Notes: generated from the sequence alone by a model not told the origin. DNA of 64,000 bases from Acidimicrobiales bacterium (GCA_027452005.1 DAIDHF010000011.1:443-64442); one strand, 5' to 3'; shown: positions 40,701 through 49,482, counted from the first letter of the stretch. Translations and numbers: made by a program.

Positions 40701-43700
40701 AAGCCGCGCTTGGGGCTACTCCATTGATGGAGTAGTCATTTGGGTTGCTTGGTAACACGGTACCTTCTGGAAAGTTTATAGCTATTGATTGACCTACGCT
40801 TAGAGATCCAGTTGTACTAGTAGTGAAGCCAAGCGTGTAGTTTGAAAATATTCCCGAGTTCACGGTGGTAACGTTGGCAGTTGCCGAAGTGACTGCCGTG
40901 CCAATTATGAAGTAGTCACCAATCGATGAAGTGTCGGAGGACGTGGCAACATTCAAGACCTCCGGCCCAGGTATCGCAGAATTTGTTGTAAGTGCAGCTG
41001 ATATATTTACCAAAGTGTCTGCACCGATGGGGCTCCCTAAAGTTAGCAGAACCGATGAGGTCCCGCCTCCAGTTATTGCCGTTGGAGGGACTCCGTTTAC
41101 TGCATAGTTTGAAGCTGAGGAGGAAAAAACAGGACCAGAGGCCGTCGAGAGCGAAATTGTAGATCCCGATGTCAAGGCTCCAGTGGGTGACGTAGTAAAG
41201 GCTATCGAATAGTCCGACGTGGCTCCCGCGGTAGGAGGAAACGGAACCGGAGCACTTACTAGAGCCACCTGATTGCTAATGGAAATAGTTCCGTCACTTA
41301 CAGGAAGTAGGTCAGAGGAGGTACTTATATTGATAGAGAAACTGCTGACTTCATTTGGATTTACCATCGAGGTAACAGTTATGGTCACAGCATCACTAGC
41401 ACTTATCGGACATGGGTTCTGCAACGTTACCGCGGTTGTGCTAAATCCCAAGATCGTTGAGACAGTACAGGTTGTAGAACTTGTAGTGTCGTGTACCTGG
41501 TAGTCAGTAGGACTGTTTGGAAAGATCATTCCAGTGCCAGCGAGGACAATGGCCGATGATGACGATAGCGCACCTGAAGAGCTAACGAAAAAGGAGATGA
41601 TATAGGTTGTGGTTGAACCCGGAATAGTTGACGTAGCCGAGATGGTACCCGGTGAAATTGATGTCGGGGCCCCTGTGATGACGAAGGAAACAAAGGCGAG
41701 GGAGGTTACAATCGTCGAACCATTTGCGTCATCTCCAGTAGTTGAAACCCCAATACTATAGGTTCCGGTTGTCGATGGATTGGTAACGCTAGCAATTGAA
41801 ACCGAAAAATTAGTCGAGTTGCCAATTGATACTCCAGATGGGACTGGGAATGTGACACTCCAGTCGCCAGTCGTTCCTCCCAGAGTTGGAGCTGCTGCAA
41901 GTTGGATCCCGTCAACAACGTAATCAGACGCTGTTGTTGGAAATGGGTTGCTAGTTGTATTTGCAAAGAGCGAAATGTGGCTAAGCGAAGCTGAACTGAG
42001 CGCTCCAGTCATACTAGTTGAGGTGTTGATCACGTAGTTAGAGCTGGCACTAAAAGAGGGATTTGATAGATTTATTGAAGGAGCATTAACTGTCGTCGTA
42101 GTTGTCCCAATATCGAGGAAATTAGTGGAAGCGAGTCCAGTGTCGGCCGATGTCGCTATAGTAGCCTGATACTCCCCGGGTCCCGACGGGTTGGTTGCGC
42201 TAGAGCTGATTCCGATCAGGACCGTAAAGTAGGTATTGGCAGAAAACCCAGCAGTACCTACCGTTAGAGTTACCGTGCCAGATCCGAGGGTTATTGCAGA
42301 GCAGTTCGTGCCAAGGTTGCATGCAGACGCATTTATTGAGTAATCAGCGCTAGGACCCGGTAGCGTAAATGAGCTAGGTAACCCAATGGTAACGGTTGAG
42401 CCCGGTGACAAGCCAGCAGTTGAGTAGAAGTTAGCAGTTAATGTTGTCAGCGCTCCCGAGGCGGTAGAACTATCTGCAATTACCGGGTTTAGTACTTCAT
42501 TTGCGGTCCCGCTATTTAGAGAGAAAGTGAACGGTGCTGGACCCGGATCAGTAGTTGTAAAAATGTAACCCGTAAAGGGGCCAGTTATAGATGGATTGAT
42601 TAGTCCGTTTGCAACTACAGTTACTGGAACTAACGGAGAAATGGTCCCAAACATGTTTAGAGTACTCGGAATCTGGAGTTGATAGCCACCAGTGGAAGGA
42701 GGACACGATGCGGCGCTCGCTGTGGTTACCGCTAAAGGTCCAGAGCCACCCTGGGCGACAGTGTAGTCACTTGCTGAACTAGCAAGTGTATAAGATGTGG
42801 TTGGAAGACACAGAGATATGTAATCGCCACCTGGAACCTCGTTAGTTGGGGTAAAAGTAACAGATATACTTGTTGATTCAGAATTTCCCGCAATTGTTCG
42901 AAGTGAGTTTGAAGGTCCCCCAGTCTCCCCGGTAACAGTTGTGGCAATGATGATTGGAGGCAGACCTACCGGGGCCGGATCGGTGGAGGTTGAAATAACA
43001 GCGTTTGAGTAGTTCATAGCAACTGTGGGATTTATGACGTTAGCTATGGAAACTGATACCGCTCCGGCTGAGGACACCGAGACTGGGGAGGTTATTGAAA
43101 CTGTTGTCCCGCTTATATTGACGGCACTAGCTGCAACTGAGTTTACAACATAGTCGCTTGCAGTTGTGGGGAGAGTTGTGGTTTGGGGCGCGGTAAAAAC
43201 TATCAGAGAAACCCCCGAAGTTATGCCACTAGTCGCGCTAAATCCAACGGTCCAGTTCACCGAAGGGGCCCCAGCTGCATTATCTGACAAGGCAATAGTT
43301 GCGCTCGTAACCGCCGTACCTATTTGAAAAGTTGAGGAGTTGACTACAGCTGTATCACGGCTCGTACTAAGTCCAATCGTGTATGATCCTGCTGTAGATG
43401 GATTTATTACACCGTAGACTTCAACGGCTATTGTAAGGGGGGTCGGACCGGAATATCCGCCGATAAATCCATACTCTGGAACAGTTATTGTCGCTGAAGG
43501 TCCAGATATAGTCGGTGCTGACAAAACCGGGACGTAGTTGACAAAATAACTAGATGGCGAAGACGGCGGTGTCGTTCCAGACGGAAACGCGATCGTAATT
43601 GTATCCACCGAACCAAAAAGTGCCCCGTTGGTTGACGTGTCAAAATTAAGCGAGTAGTTGGCCCCGCTAGCTGCTACTTGAGTGTCTGAAATATTTGGCG

Positions 43701-44277
43701 ACCCAGCCCAAGAAATTGAAGTATAAATAGGTATCGGACCCCCTGAAAGTCCAACTGGCGTGGTGTCCGAACTCGTGTTTCCCGTGATGGAATATGAGCC
43801 ATTTGGAGGGTTGATAACCCCGTTCGCAACTAGCGTAAGAGGACTTGAGTTTCCAATTGCAACAGGAGTAGTGATTACGACTTTTTCTCCCCCGTTGGAC
43901 AGGATTACAGATTGGGTAGCCTGAGGACCTCCTCCAGTACTTATCGTGTAGTTCGAGGGCTGATTGGAGAAGACCATCCCGAACTGGGCAGTAAGGGTTA
44001 TAGTGCCAGATCCCGCAGCCAGAGCACCGGTAGCAGAAGTGGTCAGGCTAAAGGTATAGTTGGCAGTTGCCCCAGGTGAATTTGATGACTGGCTGAGAAG
44101 TAAGAAAGTCATCCCTGCTGCAGCTTCACTTTGAAATACCGGGAGCAAACCGAGAATAATGAGTACCCCAACTGCAATTGCCGAGGAAACTCTTCGAACC
44201 AGGTACCGGGACCTGCCGGTTCGACTCGGGGGTGAAATTCTTTCCACGGCCTCACTTTTCTTGCAAAGAGTATTCAA
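37768..44277 (-). CDS. 2169-aa cell-surface protein: signal peptide, at least 9 tandem ~100-110-aa modules, IPT/TIG, Big_1-like repeats, Thr/Pro/Ser linker, polytopic C-terminal membrane domain
   Basis: N-terminus 'RRVSSAIAVGVLIILGLLPVFQSEAAA'. Modules recur with 'P..AS[DN]Y.V' and 'V.GVINP...G.Y' landmarks. IPT 'GGTLVTVTGTNFT'. Linker 'TTTTTSTTNPTTTTTTSTSLAPTTVAPTTT'. The last ~420 aa contain about 8-9 hydrophobic helices, including 'LLFGLIPMKYLDG'. Confidence 0.85.
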   Translation of the reverse strand: MNTLCKKSEAVERISPPSRTGRSRYLVRRVSSAIAVGVLIILGLLPVFQSEAAAGMTFLLLSQSSNSPGATANYTFSLTTSATGALAAGSGTITLTAQFGMVFSNQPSNYTISTGGGPQATQSVILSNGGEKVVITTPVAIGNSSPLTLVANGVINPPNGSYSITGNTSSDTTPVGLSGGPIPIYTSISWAGSPNISDTQVAASGANYSLNFDTSTNGALFGSVDTITIAFPSGTTPPSSPSSYFVNYVPVLSAPTISGPSATITVPEYGFIGGYSGPTPLTIAVEVYGVINPSTAGSYTIGLSTSRDTAVVNSSTFQIGTAVTSATIALSDNAAGAPSVNWTVGFSATSGITSGVSLIVFTAPQTTTLPTTASDYVVNSVAASAVNISGTTVSITSPVSVSSAGAVSVSIANVINPTVAMNYSNAVISTSTDPAPVGLPPIIIATTVTGETGGPSNSLRTIAGNSESTSISVTFTPTNEVPGGDYISLCLPTTSYTLASSASDYTVAQGGSGPLAVTTASAASCPPSTGGYQLQIPSTLNMFGTISPLVPVTVVANGLINPSITGPFTGYIFTTTDPGPAPFTFSLNSGTANEVLNPVIADSSTASGALTTLTANFYSTAGLSPGSTVTIGLPSSFTLPGPSADYSINASACNLGTNCSAITLGSGTVTLTVGTAGFSANTYFTVLIGISSSATNPSGPGEYQATIATSADTGLASTNFLDIGTTTTTVNAPSINLSNPSFSASSNYVINTSTSMTGALSSASLSHISLFANTTSNPFPTTASDYVVDGIQLAAAPTLGGTTGDWSVTFPVPSGVSIGNSTNFSVSIASVTNPSTTGTYSIGVSTTGDDANGSTIVTSLAFVSFVITGAPTSISPGTISATSTIPGSTTTYIISFFVSSSGALSSSSAIVLAGTGMIFPNSPTDYQVHDTTSSTTCTVSTILGFSTTAVTLQNPCPISASDAVTITVTSMVNPNEVSSFSINISTSSDLLPVSDGTISISNQVALVSAPVPFPPTAGATSDYSIAFTTSPTGALTSGSTISLSTASGPVFSSSASNYAVNGVPPTAITGGGTSSVLLTLGSPIGADTLVNISAALTTNSAIPGPEVLNVATSSDTSSIGDYFIIGTAVTSATANVTTVNSGIFSNYTLGFTTSTTGSLSVGQSIAINFPEGTVLPSNPNDYSINGVAPSAALPLGESLNLTLASAIGSSTVVTINANNIGNPPALGTYTLTIDTQADTVPVTSNSYSLVAPSLPTVTAITPTGGSSAGGTLVTVTGTNFTDNAIVFFGQYLSTSVTYTSSTQLSAVAPAQAPGITDITVTTLGGTSSTSLADQFTSLAPPPPPSNSDSISLVASGTTLKPGSSVTLIASLTQTTTNSSTGVITTIPITGASISFDISSGQDSGTSISTFQATTNSSGSATFTFTNNGKSGTDTITARYLNPTTNTTAMASINVDFTLQDSVTLTASATGADALSSVTVTASCLDGSGIPLVGASVTFTVSSGPDTGQTLATTSNAKGLAIFTVTAQKKGVDVLSATMVDPTSNTQIQSNTLQITWVPQSTIGSSGGSGPISGTAGKGVSLSVFVAVNISTELKSSSGTNVSASTSTLQSQSISHTSSGQPGVTVNFSVTSGPNAGKSGTAITDSTGTATWTYTDTGGPGTDSVTGSFTDSGGIAHSTIFAVDWLATTTTTSTTNPTTTTTTSTSLAPTTVAPTTTAALPVVQNVAPPSPVVVTTSTPVAPSSPTSAIVSTPTTQAPSTSTSITSKDKSHAISSSSTGTTLAVSLPQPVSSISNGNVVTKADVKALVNAGQRGPAMNYQKGYGLGLGGGPPGPAPLADSIPSPTEAFHLVTAKNVTQNAGIALLLILLVALPATLFNSTLKEHHKTIAQSRGILRRAVDKIESWLQSLHTGALLILFSVVGSALYALVDPTFGFNVSSMAEIAGYVGAILVTTATTEIARGVYVRRRFNKIGDLRAFPLGVAIAAILVIFSRISHFEPGYVFGVFAAIVFRIEPTKAEDGRSVTLASIWLILVSALSWVIWIPVKDSVISGNHSFTMLALDSLLATVWICGLQSLLFGLIPMKYLDGDTVYHWSKAAWACLYLVIMFIFVQFIMHPSAAGFGGNRTANMMSMLYLFLGFTVFAGIFWLYFRVRHGRSASEELDDVESSV

Positions 44278-44417
44278 TTTCGACTCCCCTTACAGACTCT
44301 GCAATGACATGTTCGAAATTTTACCAAATCTGAGATTTTCGCGATCCAATATGTAACTTATATAAAGAGAACATGGGGAAGCTACCAAAATTCACCAGCT
44401 CTTTAATCTGCATTCGA

Positions 44418-44450
44418 GTTAACTTATTGTTCATGTCCTGTTCATCTATT
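44418..44450 (+). promoter_or_regulatory. PHO-box-like array of three tandem 11-nt direct-repeat units
   Basis: GTTAACTTATT / GTTCATGTCCT / GTTCATCTATT. The core TGTTCAT-N4-TGTTCAT matches the 7+4 architecture of the E. coli Pho box (CTGTCAT-N4-CTGTCAT) and the Streptomyces GTTCAyyyRsG units. It lies ~140 bp upstream of a Pho84-type phosphate transporter gene. Confidence 0.4.
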
Positions 44451-44591
44451 GGTACCTCCTGAGACACCTACATGTCAGAGCCCCGTTACCTATGGAATAT
44501 AGAGTTGTCCATGTAGGAACCCGCTCCCCTGATCCAAGAGACGGAGAAGGCTGGCGGGAATAAGGACCATGAGAGAGAGGTGCCTTCGCGG

Positions 44592-46064
44592 ATGACCATA
44601 ACTGAGAGGCCGTCATCAATAACCGACCTTCACCGGACCCTAGACGAGGCCGAGGTAGGTAGGAAGCACTGGCTCACCGTCTTTACAGCTGGGATGGGGT
44701 TTTTCACCGACGCGTATGACCTTTTTATTATCGGCACGGTCACGGTTCTTCTAACTCCCATCTTTCACCTAAATACCAACCAGATATCATTTCTAAATGC
44801 GGCTTCCCTTTTGGCCTCGGTAGCAGGAGCCCTTACCTTCGGTCGGCTAATGGACAAACTGGGTCGCAAGAAGATGTACGGGGTTGAGATCTCGATTCTA
44901 GTTGTCGGAGCTATTCTATGTGCGTTTGCGTGGAATTTTACTTCTCTGTTCGTGTTCAGGCTCCTGGTTGGTTACGGAGTGGGCGGGGACTACGCGACGT
45001 CCGCGATTATTACCTCCGAGTACGCAAACCGTAAGTCACGGGGAAAGCTGGTTGGAACGGTGTTTGCCATGCAGGGCCTCGGTCTACTGGCTGGACCCTT
45101 GATGGCATCGATCTTTTTATCAGCCGGAGTTTCTCACGGACTTGCCTGGCGGTTGATGCTTGGTTTTGGTGCCATTCCGGCCGCGTCAGTGGTCTATCTA
45201 CGTAGGAGGATTAAAGAGACTCCAAGGTTTTCGTTAAACATCCAAGGGGATGAGGATTCGGCCAGGACTGCAGTGGCCTGGGTAACCGACTCAAACCCAA
45301 TTGTGAGCTGTGACGACTCAACAAATACAAGTAGTGGTGACAGCTCGGCTAGCATCCAAGACCAAGCCTCTAAGCCTGGCGCAGGACTAACCCGAGCGGT
45401 GAAGGTCAGATTGACGGATCAGCCATTTCTAACCCGGCTCATTGGTACGGCTGGCTGCTGGTTCCTAATGGATATTGCCTTCTATGGGAACTCGGTCTCG
45501 AGCCCGCTTATTCTCAAGAAACTTCAGCCCGGGGGGACGTTGCTCTCTCACACACTCATCTCATTGGCCATATTTGCGGTAGCTGCCTTTCCGGGGTACT
45601 GGGTTGCGGTCCGCATGATGGACCGGAAGGGGAGAAAGTCAATTCAAATTCAGGGATTCTTGATTATGGCGTTAGCGTTTGGGTTAATCTGGCTTGTCCC
45701 GGGTGTCTCGTCCAACGTGGCCATCTTCTTAGCCCTGTTCTCGATCAGCTACTTCTTTATTGAGTACGGCCCAAACCAGACCACCTTTGTTTACCCGTCA
45801 GAGATTTTTCCTACGTCTGTCAGAGGGATGGGAGACGGGATCTCAGCTGGCGCTGGGAAGATGGGAGCTTTCATTGGAGCCCTTATGGTTCCCCACCTAC
45901 TCAGGTCGATAGGGCTTAGCGGAGTCATGGGTATTATGGCCGTCGTATCGGTACTTGGAGCCCTGTTGACCATCATTGCCCTACCAGAGCCGATGGGTAA
46001 GTCATTGGAAGAGGCCTCGTGTGAGGTTTTCAGCGACGAACCAGTGGAACGACAGGCTGTCTAG
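44592..46064 (+). CDS. MFS inorganic phosphate:H+ symporter (PHS/Pho84-like)
   Basis: 'GMGFFTDAYDLFIIG', 'GRKKMYG', 'FRLLVGYGVGGDYATSAIITSEYANRKSRG'. About 12 TM helices with a central hydrophilic loop. ATG 44592 is preferred because GAGAGAGG lies ~12 nt upstream; the ORF track starts at GTG 44580. Confidence 0.8.
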   Translation: MTITERPSSITDLHRTLDEAEVGRKHWLTVFTAGMGFFTDAYDLFIIGTVTVLLTPIFHLNTNQISFLNAASLLASVAGALTFGRLMDKLGRKKMYGVEISILVVGAILCAFAWNFTSLFVFRLLVGYGVGGDYATSAIITSEYANRKSRGKLVGTVFAMQGLGLLAGPLMASIFLSAGVSHGLAWRLMLGFGAIPAASVVYLRRRIKETPRFSLNIQGDEDSARTAVAWVTDSNPIVSCDDSTNTSSGDSSASIQDQASKPGAGLTRAVKVRLTDQPFLTRLIGTAGCWFLMDIAFYGNSVSSPLILKKLQPGGTLLSHTLISLAIFAVAAFPGYWVAVRMMDRKGRKSIQIQGFLIMALAFGLIWLVPGVSSNVAIFLALFSISYFFIEYGPNQTTFVYPSEIFPTSVRGMGDGISAGAGKMGAFIGALMVPHLLRSIGLSGVMGIMAVVSVLGALLTIIALPEPMGKSLEEASCEVFSDEPVERQAV

Positions 46065-46068
46065 GGAA

Positions 46069-47298
46069 CTACTCAACTGGATCACGAAATTCACTAGCGT
46101 TTAGTTGCCGCCCCATGGTGTCTATTGAAGTTGGATAGTCAATTTCTTCAGAGTTGATCCCGAGGTCGTTCATTCGCCTTGCAGCCGGTAAAAGTCGGGA
46201 CTCAAAACTGGCAATCATCTCGTTGTGGGAGCTAACGGCCGCGTCAAGTTGTTTGGTATGCTTTGCTACCTTAGCTGCTACCATGCTTAACCGATCATAG
46301 AGCTCTTTGCCCAAGGTAAGTATCTGGTTCGAGTTGACCTGCATGGAGTGTTGTGACCAGTGATAGGCAACAGCCTTGAGTAGTCCGATGAGAGTTATCG
46401 GGGTTGCTAAGAGAACCTTCTTGGAGGCGGCGTACTCTATTAGTTCTGTATCGGACTCATAGGCGCTTGTCAGGATTGCCTCAGGGGAGAAGAAGGCCAC
46501 TACAAACTCAGGTCCCTCTAAATCTTTCCAGTACTCTTTTGATCCGAGCTGACTTATGTGACCGCGCACCGCCTTTGCGTGAGCCTCAAGAAACGCTAGC
46601 TTCTCGCCGTCAGATTTTGCTTCAATAGCTTTATCAAAAGCGTCAAATGGAAACTTGGCATCAATAGGTATAGTCCCACCCCCAGGTAGTCGAACCGAGA
46701 CGTCAGGTCGACCTCCCCCTGGGCCACCGGTAGATTTTTGCTCCACAAAGTCACAGTTCTCAAGCATCCCGGCCAGCTCGATTACCCGTCTGAGCTGGAT
46801 CTCGCCCCATCTACCCCGGGAGGTATTAGAGCGAAGGGCCTCTACGAGGGAGTTAGTCTGTGTTCGAAGTCCCAACTCGGCCTCGGTAAGCGACTGAATT
46901 GAGGTCTGCATACTAACACTTTGCAGTTCGGAAGCCGCTATCTGCTCTTGAAGTTTAGCCAATAGGTCAGTTACCGGCTTTACTGACTGGGTAATTGATT
47001 CAGAGCGCAATTTGAACGCACTATCAGCGCTCGCCTGGGCAGATTCTAGAAGGTCCTTGGTTTGGCGAGATAGTTCTTGGGTTGCCAGGGTTGCAACTTT
47101 GTCTATCTTTTCTTCAAAGACCTCTTTAGCCTGGCTAATTGCGAGCTGATTTAGCCTTTCTTGAGCCTCAATTTGTGCGTTGGCCTGGACTAGATCTCGC
47201 TGAGTCCTAGACACTCCTTTGCGATATCCCGAGCTTAGAAAGTATCCGGCCACAAGGCAGACGATTATTCCAAGCAAGAATCCAACTATGAACAGCAT
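46069..47298 (-). CDS. rmuC: DNA recombination protein RmuC
   Basis: N-terminal TM helix and a long coiled coil. 'GRWGEIQLRRVIELAGMLENCDFVEQ' and 'PDVSVRLPGGGTIPIDAKFP' are the RmuC nuclease-like core. Confidence 0.9.
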   Translation of the reverse strand: MLFIVGFLLGIIVCLVAGYFLSSGYRKGVSRTQRDLVQANAQIEAQERLNQLAISQAKEVFEEKIDKVATLATQELSRQTKDLLESAQASADSAFKLRSESITQSVKPVTDLLAKLQEQIAASELQSVSMQTSIQSLTEAELGLRTQTNSLVEALRSNTSRGRWGEIQLRRVIELAGMLENCDFVEQKSTGGPGGGRPDVSVRLPGGGTIPIDAKFPFDAFDKAIEAKSDGEKLAFLEAHAKAVRGHISQLGSKEYWKDLEGPEFVVAFFSPEAILTSAYESDTELIEYAASKKVLLATPITLIGLLKAVAYHWSQHSMQVNSNQILTLGKELYDRLSMVAAKVAKHTKQLDAAVSSHNEMIASFESRLLPAARRMNDLGINSEEIDYPTSIDTMGRQLNASEFRDPVE

Positions 47299-47387
47299 GA
47301 CGCAATAGTATCAAAGTTGAACCGGATATCCACTTGAATGTAACCGGCCTGCTTGTCAAGTCGACCAGCCGGTCGGGTGATCAAAAG

Positions 47388-48605
47388 CTAATCAAGGCCT
47401 GAGGCCAAGTCGGCAACCGTATCGACGTACTCGGTGACTATGTCCATAAAGACCTGGCGAGTTGGCTTTATCGACTTGAGCGACCCGACGACTTGTCCAA
47501 CGAAGTAGTTGGCCAACTCGGTTGCACCCTCATGTCCAGAGGAAGCAAAGTGGTCGATTCTAGCCAAGGCTTCATCGACAAGTAGTGGTTGCATAGGCAT
47601 CGGAAGTGATCCGGGACTGTCTGGCCCTTCCCAGGCGTCCGTCCAAGCAGATTTGAGTTGTCTCGCCGGTTTTCCGGTCCGAGATTTCGAACGTATCGTG
47701 TCACGAGAGGAGGCCTGAATCATCTTTTGCTTGACAACTGGATGCGTTTCGGCCTCTTCAGTTGTTAGCCAAACCGATCCGGTCCAGATCCCCTGTGCAC
47801 CAAGGGCCATAGCGGCGGCCATCTGACGACCGGTTGCTATACCTCCTGCGGCAAGTACTGGAGTGGGATGGACAGCATCGACCACCTCGGGAACCAGAAC
47901 CATGGTCCCGATCTCACCGGTATGGCCACCGGCTTCAGTACCCTGGGCGACAATAATGTCTACCCCGGCGGCCTTTTGAACAATGGCGTGTTCACGTGTC
48001 CCGGCCAAGGCGACAACCAAGATCCCCCGGTCGTGGGCATCTTGTACTAGAGAGTGCGGTGGGGGACCAAGCGCGCTCGCAATTAGCTTGATCGGATGCG
48101 ACATGGATATCTCGGCAAGGGTTGTCGGTAGAGAGAGTCTCCCCAGGTCTCCACCGTATCCGTCGTGGTCGGTAATCTGGGGAACCTCGTACTTGTCTAG
48201 GAGCCCCGCCAAAAACTCTCTCTGCTCGGCGGGGAACAAAGTGTTGAAATCAACCTGGGCCAAAAAGGCTTGAAGGTCTTGCGAGGTAAGATCCCCGATG
48301 CCGCCCAGGCTGGCTGGAATGAGCACGTCAGCCCCGAATGGTTTGGCACCGACCTGCTCTTCTATCCACTTGAGCTCAATTTCCAGGGCGTCTGGGGTAT
48401 GACTTACGGCCCCTAATACCCCCATCCCTCCGGCGTTGGTAACCGCTGCTACCACGTCTCGACAGTGGCTAAATGCGAGGATTGGATACTCGATGTTGAG
48501 CAGTTCACATACGGTTGCGGGCATATGTCCCCCTTGTTCTAGGTGCCAAACTTTTTGTTGGAGTTGGGCTTGGTTGGCAGTGGCCAGGTCCCGGGAACAG
48601 CCCAC
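47388..48605 (-). CDS. Nitronate monooxygenase / NPD-family FMN oxidoreductase
   Basis: 'LNIEYPILAFSHCRDVVAAVTNAGGMGVLG' and 'IIVAQGTEAGGHTGE'. Confidence 0.8.
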   Translation of the reverse strand: MGCSRDLATANQAQLQQKVWHLEQGGHMPATVCELLNIEYPILAFSHCRDVVAAVTNAGGMGVLGAVSHTPDALEIELKWIEEQVGAKPFGADVLIPASLGGIGDLTSQDLQAFLAQVDFNTLFPAEQREFLAGLLDKYEVPQITDHDGYGGDLGRLSLPTTLAEISMSHPIKLIASALGPPPHSLVQDAHDRGILVVALAGTREHAIVQKAAGVDIIVAQGTEAGGHTGEIGTMVLVPEVVDAVHPTPVLAAGGIATGRQMAAAMALGAQGIWTGSVWLTTEEAETHPVVKQKMIQASSRDTIRSKSRTGKPARQLKSAWTDAWEGPDSPGSLPMPMQPLLVDEALARIDHFASSGHEGATELANYFVGQVVGSLKSIKPTRQVFMDIVTEYVDTVADLASGLD

Positions 48606-48628
48606 TCTTGTGGCTATCTCCGAAATAC

Positions 48629-48669
48629 TGACTACCTAGTCAAGCTTATTGACTATTGAGTCAATAAGC
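48629..48669. promoter_or_regulatory. Two adjacent palindromes sharing TGACT/AGTCA half-sites (candidate operator)
   Basis: TGACTA-CC-TAGTCA (48629-48642) and GCTTATTGACT-ATTG-AGTCAATAAGC (48644-48669, 11-bp perfect arms). They lie 24-64 bp upstream of the NMO start codon at 48605. Confidence 0.35.
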
Positions 48670-48762
48670 AAGTTATTGGGTAAGACCCCACTATAGAGGC
48701 CTTCTCTTGCATTTACCTAGATGCCCACCAGTGACGTCGCCTGTCGGGACAGCCAAGCCCTC

Positions 48763-49482
48763 TTAGTAGGTGTATGTCGTGGAGCTACTGGGAGCCTTTG
48801 TTGTCGTAGTGGTGGGTTGGGTTGTGGGGGGTGCCTGGGGACTTCCCGTTGCGGAAGACGAAATCTGTGACGGGCTGGCAGGCGGAATTCGGGTAGCCGA
48901 TGGGGCGATTGGCGGAGCTGACGAGGCTGAGGGCGACGTAGTTGAAGACGCCGGGGGGGCCGTGGTTATAGGACTGCCCTCGGGACTCATTACGTTCCAG
49001 ATTCCCCCGAAGTGATTGATTCCCTGGCCATTGGCCTGCCCGGGGGATTTGTCCTGAATAAAGGTGTAAAGCGGATGGCCGTTGTAGGTGACCTGCTTGG
49101 TGCCATCGGTCCTTGTAATAGTTCCCAAGAGTTTTTGAATAATGCCAGATCCCGCAATTGGCGTACTTGACACGGTTAGTGGAGGCCAGATCGCAGCGCA
49201 TTGAGTACTACATATACTTGTCGTAGAGGTGTCACCCGACAACATGTATAGAGTCATTCCTGACGCGTTCGTGAGTACCTGGCCGTATGGAGAGATAGTA
49301 GCCGACTGCACGGTAGCTCGAAACTCGGTTGTGGAGGTCGTGGTAGGGTGACTCTTGGGTTTCGACGGGCTAGATGAGCAACCCATGAGTACCAAGGCAC
49401 ATGCGAGGAGCACCCCCCCAAGTCTTACAACTCCTCCCTTTGGCGAAAGCCAGTTTCGTTGCTCAGTCTTATTTTGCTCCAT
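48763..49482 (-). CDS. Secreted lipoprotein of the COG4315 / 'Yx(FWY)xxD' repeat family with a Pro/Ser/Thr-rich tail
   Basis: Lipobox 'LVLMGCSSS'. 'GMTLYMLSGDTSTTSICSTQCAAIWPPL' and 'VTYNGHPLYTFIQDKSPGQANGQG' are the two family repeats. The start is set at ATG 49482 (MEQNK..). Confidence 0.7.
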   Translation of the reverse strand: MEQNKTEQRNWLSPKGGVVRLGGVLLACALVLMGCSSSPSKPKSHPTTTSTTEFRATVQSATISPYGQVLTNASGMTLYMLSGDTSTTSICSTQCAAIWPPLTVSSTPIAGSGIIQKLLGTITRTDGTKQVTYNGHPLYTFIQDKSPGQANGQGINHFGGIWNVMSPEGSPITTAPPASSTTSPSASSAPPIAPSATRIPPASPSQISSSATGSPQAPPTTQPTTTTTKAPSSSTTYTY

